A DNA stretch of 62,467 nucleotides, counting the filler, from Dugesia japonica (lineage: Eukaryota): NCBI GenBank assembly GCA_001938525.1. It is 5 parts of 5 records of this genome, joined end to end, with 100 filler letters (N's around TTAATTAATTAA, not from the genome) between each part and the next. Parts side by side here need not be neighbours in the genome. Positions count along the whole stretch, not along the records: positions 35,070 to 53,979 come from MQRL01607045.1; positions 54,080 to 62,467 come from MQRL01639829.1; 3 more parts are not named here. The stretch is one strand, 5' to 3'. The notes under the pieces are model-generated. The model saw only the letters and a list, made by a program, of their open reading frames with translations. It was not told the DNA's origin and did not search any database. Position numbers and translations under genes: made by a program. Of this stretch, positions 53,340 to 62,467 are shown one piece after another. Within the stretch, counting starts at the first letter, position 1, and each line of letters begins with the position of its first letter.

Positions 53340-53855
53340 AAACGATTAGACATTTGTCAGAAGCTGCTCAGCAGGCAAAGGAAAAGTAATTTTTATATCG
53401 CATTGTTACTTATGATAAAAAATGAATTTCTTATGAAAATCCGAAACTAAGAAAATCATGAGTGAAGCCTGGTCAACCCGGAAAGTCAACACCAAAACGA
53501 GACTTGCATGGAAACAAGATGGTGTTATCCATTTTTAGGGATCAAAGGGGGATTATTTATTTTGAGCTTCTTAACAAACGTGAAACTGTTGATGGTAGGC
53601 GTTATCAACAAGAATTAATAAAATTGAGACAAGCATTGAACGAAAAACGGCCAGACTAATCCAATAGGCATGAGGCGGTGTTGTTACAGCATAATAATGC
53701 TCAACTCCACACTTCGATTTTAATGAGGAATACGATAGCAGAATTCGGATGGGAAGTTTTACCTCAACCGCCATACTCACCAGACATCGCACCAAGCGAC
53801 TTCCACTTTTTTCGTTCAATGCGACATGACCTTTGTGAACAGCACTTAAACAATT
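53340..53855 (+). mobile_element. Mariner DDD catalytic fragment
   Basis: RIVTYDKK, LHGNKMVL, LQHNNA, PPYSPDIAPSDFHFFRSM. Confidence 0.92.
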
Positions 53856-53979
53856 ATTATGATTATTATAGTTATATTGTGGTTTATTTTATTACTTTAT
53901 AATACATTTTTTGTGAAGAATTTGTAGGCCCCAAGAGAGTCACCAGAAAACAGTGTATGGACACTTGGGGTGAATGTTG

Positions 53980-54079
53980 NNNNNNNNNNNNNNNNNNNNN
54001 NNNNNNNNNNNNNNNNNNNNNNNTTAATTAATTAANNNNNNNNNNNNNNNNNNNNNNNNNNNNNNNNNNNNNNNNNNNN
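53980..54079. other. Artificial scaffold spacer
   Basis: N44-TTAATTAATTAA-N44. Confidence 0.95.
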
Positions 54080-55835
54080 ATTGTCCGAGAGAGCTCAAGT
54101 CCGTTGTCATCACCAATCGTTATTTGTCAAAAGAAGAGCGACGATATAAGACTGATTATCGAAAACTTAATTCATTAACCAAAAGGTCCATTTACCCAAT
54201 TCCGGACAACCAGCAACTTTTTGACTCATTATCCGGATCCAGATATTTCAGTTCTTTAGATTTATCAAGCGGGTACTACAATATTGAGTTAAATGAACAT
54301 GATAAAGAAAAAACAGCATTTGCAACTAGGAAAGAACAATATGAACTTAACAGATTGCCTTTTGGATTGTTTGGAGCACCTGCAACGTTTTAGAGATTAT
54401 TGCATCTTATTTTACTAGAAGAAATTTTGAAAAATGCGTAATATACGTAGATCACATTCTCATCTTTGGAAAAGATTTTGACGAACATAACGAGAAACTA
54501 AAAACAGTATTAAAGAAAATACGACAATCAGGAGTAAAATTATCACCTACAAAGTGGACTTTTTCAGTTAAATATTTGCGTCATATAATATCTGAAAGAG
54601 GAANNNNNNNNNNNNNNNNNNNNNNNNNNNNNNNNNNNNNNNNNNNNNNNNNNNNNNNNNNNNNNNNNNNNNNNNNNNNNNNNNNNNNNNNNNNNNNNNN
54701 NNNNNNNNNNNNNNNNNNNNNNNNNNCCGTCATAGTTAGACCTTTAGAAGAAATTCTTAGAGAAACTAATATCATTGGAAATAGGAAAAAGATCGTAAAT
54801 CTGAAATGGAAAGAGGAATACACAATGTCATTTTTAAAGCTAAAAGACGCTTTGACAAATTCACCAGTTCTAGTTTTAATGAATCGAACAGACACTTTTG
54901 TATTGGATATTTATGCAAGCTGTCATACTATTAGAGCAGTTCTGAGCCAGTTACAAAACAATGAAGAAAAAGTTATCTGCTATGGATCAAAAAAATTTAC
55001 AAAGACAGAGCAGGTGTACTGTATAACTAGGAAGGAACTCCTGGCAGTATATTATTTTTCAACATGATTTAAACATTACCTTTTAGGCAAAAAGTTTATC
55101 AGACCACAAAGGTTTAACATGGATGCTGAATTGGAAAAGGCCAAATACCTCCCAATATTGCTCATGAATAGCAGGATTCGAGGCTTATGATTTTGAAATT
55201 CAACATAGACCCGGAAAATTTCATCTGAATGCGGACGTTTTATCTAGAGAAAAACCATGCGAACAATGCAAAATAATACATAAAGACCCAAAAAAGAAAC
55301 GGAATATAAAGGGGATAAAATCAATAGTTGAAAAAGAGAAAATAAATTAGCGTGAAGTCAAAGAGATAGAGAAAGAACGAAAAGCCTACGATGTGAATAG
55401 AGTAAATAAATTAATTAATTATTTTCACAATAAATTGGGACACCCAAGTGGAAGACAGACTCTGCATAATGCACAAAGATTCTAACAGTGAAATAACATG
55501 AAAATTGGCATAGATACATTCATTAACAACTGTATTTCATGTGCAGAAAGAAAAGAAGGAAATAAACTAGGATGTAAGATCAAATTAGCATTCAATGCCT
55601 CAGAGCCCTGATAAACAATATGTGTAGACATTACAGGACCATTAACAACAGTAGCCGGTTATTCCTAAATCTTAGGCATAAAAGATGCATATTCCAGGTA
55701 TTTATCATTAATCTCGATGAAAATTATTACCGCAGAGGGGATCACAAAATCTATACTAGAAAGATGGATAGCATATTTTGGAATTCCTAAAATCATTCAT
55801 TCAGATAATGGAACGCAATTTAAGTCGAAAGAGTC
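54080..55835 (+). mobile_element. Decayed Gypsy pol (RT-RH-IN)
   Basis: DYRKLN, LDLSSGYY, PFGL.GAPATF, ELLAV, HRPGK..NAD.LSR, VDITGP, IHSDNGTQF. Confidence 0.93.
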
Positions 55836-56282
55836 AAGTATCTACACAAAAATTATTTAATTGTGTTATACTTTATTGTGTAACGAGATTCTTTAAACTA
55901 TCGGGAAGTGTATAAAAGTATATCTCTATTGATTTACAAACAACTTTCGGTTGCAGTTGAATACGACTTTCTTTCTTTATATAAATCAAAGAAAGATGAA
56001 GTTTAATTCAATATTCATTGCGAATACTTTTCATTCAATTTTTGATTAATTCCATTTATTGGCAAGGTTATTCATTAAATTACACAATTAGAACCTTAAT
56101 AAGCTCTTTGTAGAATGAAGAATTATGTCTGAAGATGGTAATTAATTCAAATCAGCATTTTGTAGTGGAATGGTTTAAAATAGAGTTAGAAATTATTTCA
56201 AAATTTCCAAAAAATTAATGAATAATTAAAAATAAATTTATTTATTTTATTCTGAAATCACAAAATTGAAATGTAACCTTTA

Positions 56283-57246
56283 TCAATAGGTTTTGTGAAG
56301 AAAAGACTTTAGATACAAATCTTTTATATTTACTCTTTCATTTGGATCTCTTTTCAAACAAGAATTTATGAATGATTTCATATCATCGCTACTATTTGAT
56401 GGATAATCAAATTTCACCTGTCCAGCTAGAATATTTGGCACAATTTTACCAATAGATAAACCTGCATGAGGACGCTTCCCTAAATTATTCATAAAGAAAT
56501 AATTTGTTTCAAATTATTTTCATACTTGTTATTATTTCCACCATGGTAGCACCAAATGACCAAATATCACTAGCAGGTCCACATAGTTCATCATTGATTA
56601 TTTCTGGACTCATCCAATTGAGAGTGNNNNNNNNNNNNNNNNNNNNNNNNNNNNNNNNNNNNNNNNNNNNNNNNNNNNNNNNNNNNNNNNNNNNNNNNCA
56701 ACAATATGTTATCTCCTATCAAATATCAACATTATTATGTCAAATAATATTGATTTACCTTTAAGATCTCTGTGCAATATTCTATTATCATGAAGATATT
56801 CCAAACCTTCCAATATTTGTCTAGCATATCTAGCAATTTTGGATTCAGGAAGAGGATCATTATGTTTCACAAAATATCCAAGGCTACCCTGTAAATCAAT
56901 ATAATTATTTTGACTTTTGATTAATTTTATTAATTACTCTATTCATATATTCCATGAAAATATACGATTTGTGATTTTCCATGAAATGTTCTTCATATTT
57001 AATAATTTTAGGATGAGACTTCAATTTGAGATAGCAATCAACTTCTATTTGAAATTTTTTTTTTACAGACGATTTTTTGGACAAATCAAATTTTTTCAAT
57101 GCAAATATTTCATTTGTATTTTTATTTCTATATTTATACACCGTCCCAAATGAACCTTTACCAAGCGTTTTAATTTTCTCAAATTCGTCAAGTCTATAAA
57201 TTGAACATTATTTTTTCTACCCTTGTAAAATTTCTGTTGAATGCAT
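56283..57246 (-). CDS. Compact STE11/MAP3K-like Ser/Thr kinase (~265 aa); exons 57246-57221, 57193-56938, 56888-56759, 56715-56526, 56479-56283
   Basis: [58 protein letters not shown]. The DFG region falls in an N gap. Introns are 27, 49, 43 and 46 nt. Confidence 0.85.
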
Positions 57247-57871
57247 ATCAAATTTCAAATAATTTATATATTTTGTTATTAACAACATATTTCAATATAG
57301 CCTTACACCTCTTGGAATGAGTGCGAACGTAATGGAAGTGGGAATTTCATATTAATTTAAATTTTCATTGTTTTACTTAATTTGTAGTTATAAATAATAA
57401 GTTTATATTACTAAAAGAAACAATATTTCCTAGTAGAAATGAAGACAAAAAAAGTTTATAATAATTGAGTAAATGCATGTATTGCAAAACATTATACGGA
57501 TTATAAACAAGATTATCCGTTTAAATCTGATTCTGAAACAGCTAGAGAATAAAACATTCCAATTACAAAATAAAACATATCATTGAGAGATTTTACGAAA
57601 TGTATTAGTAAAACATAACAATGGAATAATTAAAAATGGAGGTACATAGTAATATAATTTTAAAAAAATATAAAATGTAAAAATTACTTGTTAACATAAT
57701 TAATATTGAAAAAAGATTAAAAATGTTAACGTTATTTATCTCTTTTAATTATTGTTGGATCGATGATAATCCGTACAAAATGGCATATAATGAAAATGTC
57801 GAAATCATAAAACCAACAAAACATCGTATTATCATAATATAATCAACATACTCATATATTACAAGGATATA

Positions 57872-59200
57872 CAGTCCGTTTCAAAAGTCTGTTTGCACCC
57901 ATGTAAATTACAAAAATTACAGAAAAGTCGTTTGAAAAACCAATGGAAAAAGAAAAAACATATTTACAAACGATAATAAATTTATTAATATTTTGTTGAG
58001 TATCCTTTCATCTTGATAATAGAGAACACTCTACGTGGCATGGAATCAACGAGTCTGCGAAATAAGTAATTTGGTATATTATACCATATCTTTTGTAACT
58101 GCGTCCTCATTTCATCAGCATTCAGAGGTCCCAAGGCATTCATTTTGATCTTTATGAAATGCCAGCAAATTTTCAATTAGATTGGCATCAGGAGAATTCG
58201 CAGGCCAATTTAATATATTGATTTGACGTTCACTGAGAAAAGATAATATTGATGCAGATCGATGGCAAGAAGCATTGTCGTGCTGCAATATGAACCTACG
58301 CAGAGGGAAGACCAAGCACTTGTCAACTAGATCGATGTCATTGACAATCTTGTTTTGATAGGTTGCAGAATTCAACGTACTTTGTATTAATTTCAAAATT
58401 CCTACACCGAATCGTGAAAAGCATCCCCAAACATGAATTTGCACACCATCTTGAATAACTTTCTTAGTACAAATATGATTTAATCTTTCATGTTGAAACC
58501 CCCTTATTCTTTCGAAGCGACTATAACTATATGAGCAAAACATGGATTCATCACCGAAGACAACATTTGCTCATTTATCAACGTCCCATAGCTGTTTAGA
58601 TATCGCCCATTGCAATCTTCTTTTCCTTTGCTTATCATTGACCAACGGCTTGCTAACATCCGGATGACTTCTTAATCCGTACTTTTTGAGCATGCGGTAA
58701 ACTGTCCATCTGGAAACATGTTGAATGCTACCCATGTTACAAGTACATGCTATTTCCGTTAACGACATGCTTCTATTTTTCAGGCATACGCATCGAATAA
58801 ATCTGTGACCGTATTGATAATTTAAGTGGTCTTCCACTACATTTCCGATCCACATAGATTTCTTTGGTCTCATATTTATGGACAATTTTTTGAAGGCCAC
58901 GCTTTGGCACATCAATATGATGCCTGTCCGTCATTATTTGCTTAATTGGACAAGTACTATACCCTTCCATCATCAATTCCACAATTATTATTCTGTGCTT
59001 CATCACGACGTTTTGATTATTCATTATATCTAAAATGTGTCATATAATATTAAATACATTTAATATAAGTTGATAACATTTTTAAAAAAATTATTTACTA
59101 TATTTTGCAATTTACATTACTTAAAAAAATTGAAATAAATTTAAAATACGTATCGACTTATGAATTTACATGGGTGCGAACAGACCTTTGAAATGGACTA
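57872..59200 (-). mobile_element. Full-length Tc1 (DD34E) element, frameshifted
   Basis: ~38-bp TIRs cagtccgtttcaaaag.../...ctttgaaatggacta with TA flanks. FGDES, QHDNA and NLIE motifs with 34 aa between D and E. Confidence 0.95.
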
Positions 59201-59629
59201 TACGTGTTTGAATGATTAACTGACAAAAGTTTATAGTTCGGAAAAATAGCGGCTCTCTGGATCACCTCCACCAGTAAAGTGAGTTAGAAATAGGCGAAAA
59301 CTGTAGCCAGTTTCGATTTTGTGCATTTTTATTCCCGGCGAAAATTAGGTAATCAGTATGCTATACCATTTTAGCGATGCAAAATATTACATAACTTCTG
59401 CTCATATTTTTCTGTGCCTATTTCGATTTATTTTAGTATTTCAATTATTCAAGTTTGTATTTTAAGTTTTTAATTTGGCGATTAATTTTTGTTTAATTGC
59501 TTTACATTTATATAGAAATTTGTTTTTTGTTTTATAATATTAAATTAGTTTATTTTATTTGCACAATTTTGAATTTTTGAAATTTTAATAAATTTAGTAG
59601 AGAAAAAAATTTAGTAATTGAAAAAAGTC

Positions 59630-59664
59630 AATTCCTGACAAAGACGAAGTCGAAAATTCGAATT
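59630..59664 (+). ncRNA. Minimal type I hammerhead (family copy E)
   Basis: AATTC-CTGACAA-A-GAC(gaa)GTC-GAA-AATT-C-GAATT; perfect stems, with G8 changed to A. Confidence 0.75.
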
Positions 59665-59739
59665 ATTATCAAAAACATAAAAATTTGATCGAAGATTTTA
59701 TTTAATTGTAAATTTAGAAAAAATTTCCGAAATTTATTA

Positions 59740-60910
59740 AAATGGATAAACGTCTTAGTTTTAAGGATAAAAAAAACTATTGAAGCGATTAAAAAAGAAA
59801 GATTTGAGCATTTGTAAATTTGATTATGAACAAGAATGATTATAACAGTAAAATAATGATGATATTGAATACAAATAAATTTGAACGATTAAATCTAAGA
59901 ATGAATAGCGTACCATCACCAATCAATGATGAGAATCGATTATTAAATATTTTAAATAAATTAAAAAAGTAAATCACGTATATAGTTTAGTTTCAAATTG
60001 CATGGTATATAATGGAAATAAATCTGCAAAGCTTTGTTTCCAACCAAAAAACATAAACCTGAAGTTCCTTTAAGACCGGTTTTATCAGAGATAAACACAG
60101 TGCAATACAAAGTTATTAAAGTACTTGACAAATAGCTTAAACCATTAATATTTATAGATAGAGAATGTAAAGATACTTTTAAATTCGTAAATTGCTTAAA
60201 AAAATTAACAACTGATATCAGATAAGTTTTTGAGTTAGTGAAAATAACCGAAAAACAATTTATAGTAATACATGGAGCACTGTAAAAAAATTGTTTTCAA
60301 AATTAAATAATGACGAAGAAGAAAACATTAACAATAATCAATAAAAGATAACTATAAAGCTACCATTCTCGGAAGGAGCTAAATCATTAAAAGGCTCACT
60401 TGTAAAATATTTTGAAGATAATAAATTTTCATTAATTTTCATTTAAAAAAAACTTCCAATAATTAAAACAAAAAATCTACTACACGAAAAGCTTTGGTCA
60501 CTAACCTAGTTTATCAATTTAAATTGTAACGGGTGTGATGCCACGTACATTGGAGAGACAAAACTTCATCTTTGCACACGTGTTAGCGAGCATATACAAT
60601 TGACAAAATAAGCATTAATAAGTTTACAGTTTTGAACAGCGGTTTTGGCAACTATTTTGAAAAAATTACGTGCTGAGCTTTGAAAATTGGGTCGCATAAC
60701 ACGATCCTTAATACTCAGATTAACACATTCACTTTTAAATTTATTTTAATCTTATTTTATTGGATTGGTTACGTAACAAGTTTTATTGACCAGTATATAA
60801 ACAATTTACTTCTTATTTTACAACAGTAACTGATGATGGACAGGAATTTGTTTAAAACGTGTTATAAATAAAAATTTTAAAAACATTGTGTTCTTTTCAT
60901 TTTATTTAGA
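59740..60910 (+). mobile_element. Decayed Penelope-like element with pLTR-like 3' end
   Basis: IMNKNDY..K, PK.HKPEVPLRPVLS, GIY-YIG VYQF.CNGCDATYIGET...R..EH. TATA at about 60794; decayed hammerhead at 60830-60863. Confidence 0.9.
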
Positions 60911-61639
60911 TCTAAGCAATTTATATATATATATATATATATATGTCTGTGTTTTTCAATAATAGTCCTTCAGGCAATGTACAGGCAGTTTTCAATTCTG
61001 ATTCCAGTGGTATTAGTGATGATTAAAAAAATTGAAACTCATCCACCTAAAGTTGAATTTCTAAATATCTCGAATGTTGAATATCTCGAAAAGGAAGCAT
61101 TTTAATGGAGAACATCGGAAATAGAAAATGTTTAATTCTCTACCAAATGGTAACTGTTTTAAAACTTTCTTTTAAATTAGCAGTTTCATACCATTTTTAA
61201 AAATTTCTGACTAAAATGCAAACTTCATCATCGTGTTCGCTATAAAACTTTACTAGTGACTATAAAATGTCTGTTTCCATAGAAATTTTTATTTTCCCTC
61301 TTGATTGTGAATCTTCGTTATTTAGATTTTGAATAAGTCGGAAATAAATAATAATGATTTTCATATAGAGAGCAAAAAAATAAATTTATTTATATTAATA
61401 ATTTAATTGCAACAAATCGATAGAAAAAAAGTATCCACATAAATGGAATGATGTAGATTCGTTATAAATAACCATATAATGTTGCAATAATCTACATTGT
61501 TAGTATAAAGTGGATAAATCAAATTATTTTCTCACGTGATTTCTACTGTAGATTAGTTATTGGTCAATATTTCAATATTATTAAATATTCAATATTATGA
61601 TTATTCAAAAAAGTTAAAGAATAATGGCAATCTTTTCAT

Positions 61640-62467
61640 AAATAACTTAACACACCATTTAATTAAACATTTATTTATTACGACAAGTTTCGACAGTACG
61701 TCTGTCATCTTCACGCAAACTGTTAAAAACTAAGAATAAAGTATATATACTTAAGTTCCGCATTATGCAATCGATCATATTATAGTCTCAATAAAATTCA
61801 AATTAATTAAAGACCTTCAATAAAGATTTATTGGCATTTATTGGCCAGATTTAAACATTAATTTTTGGATCATATGATCTAATAATCAATGCTTATCATC
61901 AACATGATTCTTTCCCAATTTTTAAAATTTCTGCACAGAATTTTGAAATTATTAATATTTATAATCGATCTACATTGCATATTATGTTCTTCAATATTAC
62001 TGCAACTATCTACCGGCTATGTTCATGATTCCTTTTACAGAGATGACGGGAAGTCTTTCCAATGTATGTGGCATTACACCCATTACACTCATATTGATAA
62101 ATAACATTAGAAACCAATCCATAAGGAGTCTTAGACTTATTACTGAACGCAATTAATATTTTAAAAGACCGGGACACAATCTTAAAATTTGAAGATTAAC
62201 TGAATATTTTAGCAAACCATTTTTAAAATTTTTTAAGCCCTTGGTATACGGAATATTTAAAACATAATAAATTTTATCGCTTTTATTAACATTTTCGTCG
62301 TATAAATTGTTATTCGTGTTCCGAATAATTTTGTAAATCGTTTAGTACGTTAATTTTTCTAGAATTGATTTAGAATATTCACTTTTATTTAACAAAAGTA
62401 GGTGGATACTCGTGCACTGGGCCAGATGATTGACAGTTCACATCACACCTCTTTATGTAAACAACAA
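61640..62467 (-). mobile_element. Penelope-like element 3' part (linker, GIY-YIG, pLTR)
   Basis: LNIPY, SNVIYQYECNGCNATYIGKTSRHLCKR.HEH, NFKIL, PKIN; ORF stop at about 61803. Confidence 0.92.
61677..61719 (-). ncRNA. PLE-associated type I hammerhead
   Basis: ttgc-GTGAAGA-T-GACAG(acgta)CTGTC-GAA-ACTTGT-C-gtaa, followed by AATAAA. Confidence 0.8.

Noticed and set aside
12004-54035. Recurring TTAATTAATTAA motif
   Set aside because: It is always centred in exactly 100-nt N spacers, so it is a concatenation linker. Synteny across it is meaningless.
56125-56160. CTGAAGATGGT motif downstream of the kinase
   Set aside because: Stem II is weak and GAAA is absent.
960-57246. TAA/TAG reassignment (ciliate-type code), suggested by in-frame TAA/TAG in several ORFs and TGA ends on both complete genes
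   Set aside because: Roughly a thousand codons of conserved exons (OSGEP, GOLGA5, WASHC4, kinase) contain no in-frame TAA or TAG and use CAA/CAG for Gln. C>T decay in pseudogenes explains the stops.

Overview
This is strongly AT-rich eukaryotic (animal-like) draft genomic DNA. It consists of five unrelated scaffolds joined by artificial 100-nt spacers (N44-TTAATTAATTAA-N44 at 11960, 26209, 34970 and 53980). The host genes are a partial golgin-84/GOLGA5 (5 exons), the first three exons of WASHC4/SWIP, a complete two-exon OSGEP/Kae1, a compact STE11/MAP3K-like kinase and a truncated paralog of it. Most introns are about 43-51 nt; a few are kb-sized and filled with transposons. The rest is decayed mobile DNA: mariner/Tc1/IS630/pogo/rosa, hAT, Gypsy (including a mini-LTR family), LINE scraps, a Maverick/Polinton integrase and Penelope-like elements (PLEs). 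The main unannotated signal is a dispersed non-coding element with at least 6 copies. It carries a minimal type I hammerhead ribozyme with a 4-nt palindromic stem III, a variable 5' inversion, a constant 3' tail ending in a hairpin, and 12-15-bp target-site duplications. Further hammerhead motifs from other families are also present. Other oddities are paralogous two-ORF cassettes beside the Polinton remnants, a repeated triple-CCAAT promoter/ORF-junction element, and gag start codons that span the LTR/PBS junction. All family assignments come from recognising motifs by eye; no searches were run.
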